Part shown: in pieces, positions 40,453 through 50,000 of the stretch
Layout: the number at the start of each line of letters is the position of its first letter
Numbering within the stretch: the stretch's first letter is position 1
From: Patescibacteria group bacterium
GTDB lineage: Bacteria > Patescibacteriota > Minisyncoccia > Phycocordibacterales > UBA9973
Reading direction: 5' to 3'
NCBI GenBank assembly: GCA_040384805.1
Contig: JAZKIP010000004.1
Location: forward strand, 10,255 to 74,254
Length of the DNA: 64,000 bases
Made by a program: the position numbers and the translations under genes
Notes under the pieces: generated by a model
Told to the model about the DNA's origin: nothing
The model's database searches: none
Seen by the model: only the letters and a program-made list of their open reading frames with translations

Positions 40453-40788
40453 ATGATGAAAGCATCAGGCAGACTCAAATATGCCCGGCCACTTTCCATT
40501 GTGCGAAATCATAAAGCTGAGATAGACCAAAATAAAGATGCGAATAAAATGCTCTTTCCTGAAAACGGAGGGCCGACACAAGAGCGTCTGCATGCTTCGG
40601 CGTTGAAACTAGCTCGGCAATTCGGCTGGCAGGAAACGAAGCCGCTCGAAGAGTATGTGCGGAATAACCCGAATCTTGGGCCGAAAATTAAGTTCTTTAT
40701 TGAAATGTCGATCCACATCAAAAAATTCCGCGCAAAAGGGAAAGAACTCCTCGGTGTTATTCAAGAGGGGAATAAAGCTGCCGCTTGA
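40453..40788 (+). CDS. hypothetical protein
   Basis: 111-aa ORF; start uncertain. Confidence 0.4.
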   Translation: MMKASGRLKYARPLSIVRNHKAEIDQNKDANKMLFPENGGPTQERLHASALKLARQFGWQETKPLEEYVRNNPNLGPKIKFFIEMSIHIKKFRAKGKELLGVIQEGNKAAA

Positions 40789-40810
40789 TTATTGTGCAGA
40801 ATAAAACCCT

Positions 40811-41797
40811 ATGAAGACCGGAAATCAGATGGTTTTTTTAAATACGTTTGAGCCACCTGAATGGTACGGCGCAGACAGAAGGGAGCTTTGCGATAAGATT
40901 CTGAAATGGATACCTGATTATATATTGCAGAGGGATTTAGTGAATGAGGGGAATATTAAAATTTTCTTCCTTTCAGGAGGAGTTTCTTCGATCGTCTGCA
41001 GGATTGAAACCGATTCAGAGAAATATGTCCTGAAAATTCTGACATCGCATGATGTGACCGAAGGCGAAGCCCTGTTTCTGAGAGAATGGTCACGTATCGG
41101 CATTCGCACCCCGAGGATCGTTGACGAGGGAATTTCCCTCGGACATGCGTATCTTTTGATGGAACACATCGAGGCCAAAACGTTGTCGCAAAAGTTCACG
41201 CCGCAGGAATTGCTCGAAAAGAAAATCTTTTTCACGCTTGGCCGAACGCTTGCAATAATGCATACTCCCACAGCCCGCGGCTGCGGGGAGATAAAGGGAG
41301 GCACAGTGCAGTTCAATGATGCCCGTACGTGGTGGCAGGGTTCGAAGATTAAAGAAGAGATCGCCTATGCCATGGAAAACAAGCTTATACCGGAAACTTT
41401 GATTGATAGCCTGTCGAGCGATATAGAGGATTTTATCGGGTATATTGATACTGACAGGACGGTTTTTTGCCATAATGATTTCTCGGTTTCCCATGTCTTT
41501 GCGACTGAACCTTTGACCGTGATAGATCCGAATCCGATCATCCATCATCCGCTGTTTGATGTAGCTCGCAGCATTCTTACTATTGCCAATCTAAGCATTG
41601 ATCTATCCGATGGGACAAGAATGTTTCTTGAGGGATATAAGGAACAATCATCCTGTTCTTTGACATATTTAAAATCGGCTCTCTTGCTGCAGGCATGTCT
41701 CAAGTTCTCATATTGGCACAGGGCTGGCAAATCGAAAAGCATCGAAAAAGCCCGGAAGTTTTTAGATAATTATGAAAAGATTTTATCCCCGTTGTGA
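40811..41797 (+). CDS. APH/choline-kinase-like phosphotransferase
   Basis: GGVSS, YVLK, LLME, CHNDF, VIDP, FDVA. Confidence 0.85.
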   Translation: MKTGNQMVFLNTFEPPEWYGADRRELCDKILKWIPDYILQRDLVNEGNIKIFFLSGGVSSIVCRIETDSEKYVLKILTSHDVTEGEALFLREWSRIGIRTPRIVDEGISLGHAYLLMEHIEAKTLSQKFTPQELLEKKIFFTLGRTLAIMHTPTARGCGEIKGGTVQFNDARTWWQGSKIKEEIAYAMENKLIPETLIDSLSSDIEDFIGYIDTDRTVFCHNDFSVSHVFATEPLTVIDPNPIIHHPLFDVARSILTIANLSIDLSDGTRMFLEGYKEQSSCSLTYLKSALLLQACLKFSYWHRAGKSKSIEKARKFLDNYEKILSPL

Positions 41798-41862
41798 TAA
41801 GATAAGGTTCATTTACTTTTTCCTCTTTTCATGTAGTATGAAAACAACCAAATTGTTCTACA

Positions 41863-42318
41863 ATGAAAGACTCAATACTCTCGCTTATTTATCCCGACGG
41901 GGAGATTTTTATTAAAAGCTTCTCCTTTGCCGAAAAAGAGCTCTCTGTCAGGGTTAGCTGTCTGGTTCCTGCTAAATCATATGTAAAGAATCTTATTCCA
42001 TATGTGACAGCGGAGAATTATCTCAGATGCCTTTCTCAGGCAAGTTATATTTTGGCTCATCACATTTTAAAAAATAAACTCATTCCCATTGATGTGGATG
42101 AAGAATCATTCTTAAAAGCCATGATCGATTATGAACTTTATTACAGAAATGTATCTATGACGTTTCATCAGCGCTCGCGGAGAGGAGAAGAATTTGAGAT
42201 GGAACTCTCTTTAAAGAACTTCCGCGAGATTAAAAATCTCAAGGATTACATTCTTTTTACTTTTTCCAATAAAAAGGCTGTAATCAGCGGAGATATGAGC
42301 TTTGTATTCCTGAAGTAA
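41863..42318 (+). CDS. FcoT-like hot-dog thioesterase
   Basis: YVTAENYLRCLSQASY resembles the FcoT-family helix; size fits. Confidence 0.5.
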   Translation: MKDSILSLIYPDGEIFIKSFSFAEKELSVRVSCLVPAKSYVKNLIPYVTAENYLRCLSQASYILAHHILKNKLIPIDVDEESFLKAMIDYELYYRNVSMTFHQRSRRGEEFEMELSLKNFREIKNLKDYILFTFSNKKAVISGDMSFVFLK

Positions 42319-42416
42319 AATCATGGGTTTGTACCCTGCAATCAGATGAATCCCTTAGGGATTCATCTGATTTTAATTTTCATTAATACCCGCTATACTG
42401 TCTTTATAAATTATAT

Positions 42417-44219
42417 ATGAGCCTTTATAGAAAACTCGCCGATACTCCCGTTCCATATCTGCTGCGACGTGTCTGGAAATACTCCCATGACCGCAGGCGG
42501 CTCTTCATCGCCCATATCGCCTTTACTGTCATCGCCAATGTCTTTACTATTCTTGAGCCGCTGGCTCTGGCCAAGGCTTTTAATGTGACTCAGCTTTCAT
42601 CGGGGGATCCGGATGTTCTTAAACATATCATCATGTATCTTCTTCTCTATCTTGCCCTCGGATTCGCTTTTCGGATCTTTTTCCATATTTCGGGAATCAT
42701 TGAGCGCAAGAATTCTTTCTTCGTTCAGATGAATTTCCGACAGGATCTGATCGATAAGACTCTCGCTCTTCCGGCATCATGGCATCGCGACCACCATTCG
42801 GCCGATACGATTCACAAGATCAATCGCGCAAGCGAAAGCCTCGAATCATTCTCCGGCAATATCTATATTTTGATAGAAAATGTCATGCGTGTCGCGGGCG
42901 CCATCATTGTTCTTGCCTACTTCGACTGGGTTGCAAGCGCGGCGGCTTTCATCATCTGCATCTGTGCCGCACTAATCATAAAATTCTTCGACGGACGCCT
43001 CAGAAAAGAGTACAGGATCGGACATGATCAGGAAAACAGCCTTGCCTCGACGATTCAGGATTCGATCTCCAATATCGTTACCGTCATCTCCTTGAATCTG
43101 GAGCGTTTGGTCGGATCAAAGATAAAGACTCAGTCTATTGATATGTATCCCTCCCATGTCAGGCAAGTCTATCTTGATGCGAACAAATGGTCTCTGGCGA
43201 AGCTCATGATAAAGACTCTGACCACCGCGACCGTTATTGTGTATGCCATAACATCCTACAAAGCAAACGGCATTGTTCTTGCCGGAACCCTCTTTATCCT
43301 CTACAGATATATGAGCGATATGGCGACGATATTCAACGATTCGGCAAGCAGATACAGCAAGCTCGTTCGGGAAGACGTGGGCGTCAGGGGAGTCGAAGAA
43401 ATAGAAAATGCTTACCAGAGCCTCGGTCCGGTAATAAACGCGCGCCTTTCTTCCGGCTGGAAAGAAGTGCAGATCAGCCGACTGTCATTCTCCTATTCTC
43501 CGCGCGGTAGCGACCAGACGGCACACGCTTTTTCTCTTTCGGATATTTCTCTGTCGATCCGCCGGGGGAAGAAAATAGCGATCATCGGCGAAAGTGGAAT
43601 CGGCAAAAGTACTCTCCTCCTTATCCTCCGAGGCCTGTATCCGGCCGAGGCGGTCGTGAAAGAAGATGGAAAGAATCTGCCGAACGGCTTATCTCATCTG
43701 CGGCCTCATATCACTTTCATACCTCAGGAACCTGAGATATTCGATACGACTCTTGAGAATAATATAACCATGGGACTTTCGTATCCGAAGGAAAAGATTC
43801 AAAGAGTGCTCCGTATGGCTCATCTTGAGCCTGTGATAGACACACTTCCCAAAGGACTTGCGACGAAGCTCATGGAGAAAGGGGTACGCTTGAGCGGCGG
43901 GCAGAAACAGCGCGTCGCTCTTGCCAGAGGATTCATTGCGTCAGACGAAAGCGATATCATCCTTCTTGACGAGCCGACAAGCAGCATGGATGTCCTGACG
44001 GAAAAGAAAATATATGATAATTTGTTTGTCATGATGCCATCGAAAACCGTTATTTCCACTATTCACCGCCTGCATCTTGCCCCTTTATTCGATGAATTTT
44101 ATTTTTTCACTGCAGACGGAATTTTCTTTACCGATTCATTTGACACGCTTCTCAAGAATAAGGCTTTTGCCGAATTATGGAAATCGTACCATCTTAGTGA
44201 CAAAAGAAACGCCATATAA
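42417..44219 (+). CDS. ABC transporter, fused permease/ATPase
   Basis: GESGIGKST, LSGGQKQR, LLDEPT, HRL. Confidence 0.95.
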   Translation: MSLYRKLADTPVPYLLRRVWKYSHDRRRLFIAHIAFTVIANVFTILEPLALAKAFNVTQLSSGDPDVLKHIIMYLLLYLALGFAFRIFFHISGIIERKNSFFVQMNFRQDLIDKTLALPASWHRDHHSADTIHKINRASESLESFSGNIYILIENVMRVAGAIIVLAYFDWVASAAAFIICICAALIIKFFDGRLRKEYRIGHDQENSLASTIQDSISNIVTVISLNLERLVGSKIKTQSIDMYPSHVRQVYLDANKWSLAKLMIKTLTTATVIVYAITSYKANGIVLAGTLFILYRYMSDMATIFNDSASRYSKLVREDVGVRGVEEIENAYQSLGPVINARLSSGWKEVQISRLSFSYSPRGSDQTAHAFSLSDISLSIRRGKKIAIIGESGIGKSTLLLILRGLYPAEAVVKEDGKNLPNGLSHLRPHITFIPQEPEIFDTTLENNITMGLSYPKEKIQRVLRMAHLEPVIDTLPKGLATKLMEKGVRLSGGQKQRVALARGFIASDESDIILLDEPTSSMDVLTEKKIYDNLFVMMPSKTVISTIHRLHLAPLFDEFYFFTADGIFFTDSFDTLLKNKAFAELWKSYHLSDKRNAI

Positions 44220-44298
44220 AAGTCCATACTCCTGAGCTATATCGCTACAGGGGAAATGCAAAAGCATTTCCTTTTCGGGACTTGCGTGGAAAGAGAGT

Positions 44299-44327
44299 TT
44301 GACAAAAGAAGATAAATATGCTAATAT
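44299..44327 (+). promoter_or_regulatory. sigma70-type promoter of the DGR target gene
   Basis: TTGACA-17 bp-TAATAT. Confidence 0.65.
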
Positions 44328-44457
44328 ATAAAGGAAAAATACCTTGAAATATTTATGTTTTTAGGTGGTATGTAAAGTGAGTTTCTCCGTATTGCTCGGA
44401 CGGGCGACAGGGAGAAACTCATTTATCTTATCTCTAAAAATTTAAAACAAAATCACA

Positions 44458-45087
44458 ATGGAAACATTAACCAGAGGACTTGACAATCTGTGGACTGCAG
44501 ACGGTCTGACAGATCCCGAAAAGAACCTTTTGCAGAAATTCATTGCCGAAGTGGCCCGCAAAGCAAAAGGCTTCATATCAGAACTCTTCGGCTTTGACAA
44601 AACTCGTACGGCGAAAAGCCGGCCCGAAGAATTTATCATCAGCAAGGAATCGGTTGAAGAGGATTTCTTCCAGCCGATCCGTGAACGGGAAGCAAGCGCC
44701 GGAAATATCGTTCCGTGGCTTGATGAAGATATCTGGAAATTCTGGAAAGGAAAGAAAGTTCCTGGCTTCCTCGTGGACATTATATTTTCGATCTATCGCT
44801 TTTTAAAGAACCTTACTCACAGACAGATTCTGGAGGAAGGAGAAAAGCAGGAAATTAAGAAAATATATTCCTATGCCCAGGCCAAGGAAATAATCCGCAC
44901 GGCAATATGGGCCGGCGACGTTGACCAGAAGAACACAGGCGTATTCGCTTATTTTAAGGTAGATGCAGGTGGACCTTTGTACCGCTTCAGCGCCTTCCGT
45001 CGCGGCGGCGGCCAGCTCCGTGTATTCGTGGATGGGGTGGGTCTGGACGGCGTGTGGTATGTCGGCCTTGGTGTGTGCTTCGGCTGA
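44458..45087 (+). CDS. DGR target protein with C-terminal variable region
   Basis: Last 35 codons are the VR; no signal peptide or TM segment seen. Confidence 0.92.
   Translation: METLTRGLDNLWTADGLTDPEKNLLQKFIAEVARKAKGFISELFGFDKTRTAKSRPEEFIISKESVEEDFFQPIREREASAGNIVPWLDEDIWKFWKGKKVPGFLVDIIFSIYRFLKNLTHRQILEEGEKQEIKKIYSYAQAKEIIRTAIWAGDVDQKNTGVFAYFKVDAGGPLYRFSAFRRGGGQLRVFVDGVGLDGVWYVGLGVCFG
44981..45083 (+). repeat. DGR variable repeat (VR)
   Basis: 103 nt, ungapped alignment to 45408-45510. Confidence 0.96.
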
Positions 45088-45105
45088 TTATTTTTCCCTT
45101 AACAA

Positions 45106-45144
45106 AAAAAGGACTCTTGAATACTTTGTATCTTGGGTCCTTTT
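45106..45144 (+). other. hairpin downstream of VR (terminator and/or DGR target-recognition hairpin)
   Basis: AAAAGGAC...GTCCTTTT inverted repeat about 20 nt after the stop codon. Confidence 0.6.
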
Positions 45145-45407
45145 GTTTTTTATTTTTAATATTGTAAAATATCCATGTGATGCAGCATTTCGCTTTGGCT
45201 ACGGCTCGGGCGACTGCTCATAAGATAATACTCTCGGCAGAATCCGGGTGGATACGTCTTCCCGGAGAGATCGTTTATTTTCTTCATATAAAAAGATTTT
45301 TGTAGGTGGAATCAATTCTCGGGCTTCGACGCCCGGCATGCAATTCAGCACGTTCTCAGAGAGCGCATTTAGAACGGCAGTGATCAAGATGATTGTTTTC
45401 ACAAACG

Positions 45408-45510
45408 ACCGCTTCAACGCCTTCCGTAACGACGACGGCCAGCTCAATGTCAACGTGAATAAGGTGGATCTGGACAACGAGTGGAATGTCGGCAATGGTG
45501 TGTGCTTCGG
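45408..45510 (+). ncRNA. DGR template repeat (TR)
   Basis: AAC/AAT/GAC-rich copy of VR; 19 of 20 mismatches at TR adenines. Confidence 0.96.
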
Positions 45511-45533
45511 AAACACGATCTTTCTCCCGCATA

Positions 45534-45923
45534 TTATCTCGCGGGAGTTTTCTTTTCCAATCCCTTCTTCCAGCCACCCAACATCCGGCCGATCTCGTCG
45601 AGCGATGTCGAGAGATCGGCGTATTTTTGATTCGAAACGCACTTGTTTTCCCAAGCAATCTGAAGGAAAAATTTGACTCCGTCGAGCTTCGATATAGCAA
45701 TCGTCAGGCGGGGAGCCTTCTGCTCGGGAGACAAATAGAGAGACACGAATATATTCTCAAGGAGTTCAAGAAAATATCCTTCAACTTTGCCGCCTAAAGT
45801 ATAGCGGTATGTTTTCGGAATATCTGCCGTAATGGTAAACCACAGCGTATAGGCCTTTTTGGCTTTGATGAGCACCGATGCCTGTGTGACAGGCTTTGCA
45901 CTATAAGAAGTGAGTGTCGTCAT
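45534..45923 (-). CDS. avd: DGR accessory variability determinant (Avd-like)
   Basis: PKTYRYTLGGK...LD..KFFLQIAWE...Y...LDEIGRMLGGW. Confidence 0.9.
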   Translation of the reverse strand: MTTLTSYSAKPVTQASVLIKAKKAYTLWFTITADIPKTYRYTLGGKVEGYFLELLENIFVSLYLSPEQKAPRLTIAISKLDGVKFFLQIAWENKCVSNQKYADLSTSLDEIGRMLGGWKKGLEKKTPAR

Positions 45924-45976
45924 TCGTTGTGTTGTTTACTTGTATAATAGTTTATTTATCTGTAATATATTATAAC

Positions 45977-46962
45977 ATGGAAATATTTAAAAAGCAATAC
46001 CTCAAGATTGTTACCGTCGAAAATCTTATTGAGGCATGGAACGAGTTTCTTCGCGGAAAGGGAAATCGCAGCGATGTCGCGGCTTTTCAGGCCCGTTTGT
46101 CGGACAATATCTTTGATTTGTGGCGCGAGCTTGCCGACAGGACATATATTCACAGCGGATACGAGGCGTTCAATGTCTCCGATCCGAAGCCGCGGATTAT
46201 TCACAAAGCTCTTGTTCGCGATCGTCTCCTTCATCATCTCCTCTATCGGGAACTCTATGCCTATTTCGACCGGAAATTTATCTTTGATTCGTATTCGTGC
46301 CGCATGAGCAAGGGAACCCATCGGGCAATAGACCGTTTCCGAGAATATGCCGGGAAGGTATCGAAGAATAATACGAAAACATGCTGGATCTTGAAGTGCG
46401 ATATCAGAAAATTCTTCGCAAGCATCGATCATGCTATCTTGAAGCGCATTCTTGCCGAGCATATCGCCGACCCCGATTTCCTCTCTCTTTTCGGGGTTGT
46501 GATCGACAGCTTCGAAACGAAAGGAGTGCTCGGTGTCGGGCTTCCTCTCGGCAATCTGACGAGTCAGCTTCTCGTCAATGTCTATATGAATGAATTCGAC
46601 CAGTTCGTCAAAAGAAAACTGAAAGTGAAATATATTGTATCCGCTATGCGGATGACTTTGTCTTTTTAAGCGACGATAAGACGTATCTCGAATCGCTCAT
46701 ACCGGAAATACGGGCATTCTTGGAAGAAGAACTGAAGCTCTCCATCCATGAGAAAAAGCTTTTCCTTCGGACTCTTGCCTCGGGTATGGATTTCCTCGGC
46801 TGGGTGCACTTTCCTCATCATCGGAAACTGAGAACTGCGACAAAGAAAAGAATGCTGCGCAGGCTGGCGCAGTCTCCCGAGCCTCAGGCGGTCAATTCCT
46901 ATCGGGGGATGCTTCGTCACGGAAATACATACAAGATCCAAAAGCAAGCGGGATTAACATAG
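45977..46962 (+). pseudogene. DGR reverse transcriptase, frameshifted at about 46631-46638
   Basis: Upstream frame: DPKPRII, RDRLLHH, SYSCR..KGTH, KCDIRKFF, GLPLGNLTSQ; downstream frame: IRYADDFV, DFLGW, SYRGML.HGN. Confidence 0.9.
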
Positions 46963-47044
46963 TATAACCAGTGGAAATTTAATTTAACTAATCTTAATAT
47001 AACCTTTAGAAACCTTTTAGGATTCCAGATGTACAATTTGCTCC

Positions 47045-50000
47045 ATGGAGCAAATTGAATACTTGCGGAGCAGGATCTTTGCAAAGATACGCTCTTTTTC
47101 ATATCGCTTTGGTTTTATCCTCCTCTTTTTATTATTGTTTCCTTGGGCCAATCTCCATGCGGCAGACCGCAGCGCTCCCTTTCTTTTTGGAGAAACTCTT
47201 GATCCCGGAATGGAATCGGAGCCTTGCGGGCCGATGGATGAGAACTGCTTTCCGGGCCATCTTGGAACTCAAGACGAGAATAATCATCTGATCAATAATC
47301 CGACAGGTCTTAATTTCGTAGGTCCGGGAGTAACTGCTACGCAAGATAGCAACGGGTGGATCATCGTGACAGTTCCCGGAGGGCTGACATCTCTCAACGG
47401 GATCTCGGTCGGCAGCCAGACGATAAGCGCAGGGTCGTCGGGAACGGATTTCAACATCTCATCATCCGGATCGGGCCATATATTCAATATCCCGAGTGCC
47501 TCGTCACTCGGCCGCGGTCTTTTAACCCCGGCTGACTGGGCTATTTTCAATGGCAAACAGGATTCTCTCGGATTCACTCCTCTTGATCCGGCGAACAATC
47601 TTGCCGATCTTGCATCAACAGCTCTCGCAAGAACGAACCTCGGCCTCGGAAGTGCTGCGACAGTAAGCCTGACAACGCTCCTTCAATCATCAAATAATCT
47701 CTCTGATATCGCATCGACCGGCACGGCCCGCGCCAATCTGGGTCTTGGCACTATGGCGACGGAGAATTCAAGCGCGTTTCTTCGCTCGGCTAATAATCTC
47801 TCCGACCTCGGATCAGCAACAACTGCGCGTACGAATTTAGGATTAGGCACGGCAGCTCTGGCGAATCTCTCATCTCTCCTTCAAGCGTCGAATAACTTAT
47901 CAGACCTTTCCAATATCATAATCACCCGCGCAAATCTTGGATTGGGAACTGCCGCGACGGCGAACTCATCGGCATTTCTTCAAGGATCCAATAATCTTTC
48001 CGATCTCGGTTCATCATCTACCGCGCGCACGAATCTCGGTCTCGGAACTCTTGCCACCCTTTCGACTATCAACAATTCGCACTGGTCGGGAACCCCTCTG
48101 TCGGTTTCAAACGGAGGAACGGGAGCCGGAACTGCAAATGACGCTCTTAATGCATTTCTTCCGGCTCAAGGTCCGCACGCGGGAGACTACCTGACAACAG
48201 ATGGCGCGACTGCGTCATGGGGCGATCTTCCGTCGCCCGCGTGGGGATCGATCGCCGGAACCTTATCGGATCAGAGCGACATGCAGGCGGTCTTTGACGC
48301 GAAGGAGGATGTAATCATTCCCGGCTTAACGAGCCACTATTTCCGAGGCGATAAAACATGGCAGACTCTTAACAAAGCGTCTGTAGGCCTTGGTAATACT
48401 GAAAATACAGCTCTCTCGACATGGGCGGGAAGCGCGAACATAACGGCGCTCGGGACTATCGCATCAGGTACGTGGAACGCGAGCCCGATCGCTGATCTCT
48501 ATGTTTCGAGCGCTTCGTCATGGAATGCCAAGCAAAATGCGCTCGGATTCACCCCTCTTGATGCGGCGAGCAATCTCTCTGATCTTTCCGATGCAAGTGA
48601 TGCCCGTGCAAATCTTGGCCTTGGTACTATCGTGACCGAGGATTCAGACGCATTTCTTCAGGCATCAAACGATCTTTCCGATCTTGTCCACGTCCCAACC
48701 GCTCGGTCTAACTTGGGATTAGGGACGGCTGCTCTTGAAAGCGCGGATTCTTTTCTTCTTGCGGCAGGCAACCTCTCGGATCTTTCATCCCTATCGGACG
48801 CAAGGAACAATCTCGGTTTGGGATTGCTTGCGATTTTAAGTACGGTGAATGATAGCAACTGGTCGGGAACTCCTCTTGCGATCGCAAACGGCGGAACAGG
48901 AGCGGGAACCGCAGAGGATGCACGTAACGCCATCCTCCCGCTGCAAAGTTCCCATGCGGGGGAGTATCTGACGACGGATGGAACCCACGCATCATGGGAT
49001 GAGCCGCCCGCGCCCGCGTGGGGATCGATTGCCGGGACTTTGTCCGATCAAGCGGATCTTCAGGCCTCTCTTGATGAAAAAGAGGATGTGATTGACGCAG
49101 GATCGGCAAGCCAGTATTTCCGCGGGGACAAGACATGGCAGACTCTCAACAAGGCTGCCGTTGGTTTGGGGAATGTGGAAAATACAGCTCTCTCAACATG
49201 GACGGGAAGTACGAATATAACGACGCTCGGTACGGTTACCGGAGGCACATGGCACGGAAGCGCGATCGATGATGCGTATATTGGAAGCGCTGCCGCATGG
49301 AATGCCAAACAAGCTTCTCTCGGATTCACGCCGCTTAATCCTGCGAATAATTTGTCTGAAATTGTTTCAGCACCGACGGCGCGTACGAATTTAGGATTGG
49401 GTACGGCGGCAACTTTAAATACAAATGCTTTTTTGCAACCCGTCAATAATCTCTCTGAACTCTCTTCGCCATCTACTGCCCGCACAAATCTCGGTCTCGG
49501 TAGTGCAGCTACAGTTAATACAAATTCACTTTTCCAAGTTTCTAATAATTTATCTGAAATTGCGGTACCTTCAACTGCTCGTACCAACCTCGGCCTTGGC
49601 ACTGCCGCAACGGCAAATTTGACTTCTCTTCTTCTAGCATCAAACAATCTTTCTGACCTCGGATCAGCAACAACCGCGCGCACGAATCTAGGCCTCGGAT
49701 CTCTCGCCACTCTTTCATCGGTCAATAATTCGAACTGGTCGGGGACAGGGCTCTCGATTGCAAACGGGGGAACAGGGGTAACAACTGCAAATGACGCTCT
49801 TAATGCATTTCTACCTTCGCAGGGAATAAATTCCGGAAAATATCTGACAACCAACGGTACCAATGCATCATGGGCCGATATAGTTCCGGGCGGAGTTACC
49901 TCTGTCGGGCTTTCTCTTCCCTCCGTGTTCTCCGTCTCGGGTTCTCCGGTAACATCAAGCGGAGTATTATCGGCGACGCTTGCAACTCAAAGCGCGAATA

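Larger units (their letters stand above)
44458..46962. mobile_element. diversity-generating retroelement (target-VR, TR, avd, RT)
   Basis: TR/VR pair with adenine-specific mismatches, Avd-like four-helix-bundle gene, RT. Confidence 0.96.

Noticed and set aside
45248-45676. 142-aa ORF spanning the TR and resembling the target C-terminus
   Set aside because: The similarity is just TR read in the VR frame; GTG start, and it overlaps avd antisense. Treated as non-coding template.
45977-46962. Group II intron or retron RT
   Set aside because: Short RT with GLPLGNLTSQ, plus adjacent avd and TR/VR, identifies a DGR; no maturase/endonuclease extension.
47500-49900. Regularly spaced repeats suggesting a CRISPR array
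   Set aside because: Degenerate at third codon positions and inside one long ORF; these are protein repeats. No cas genes seen.
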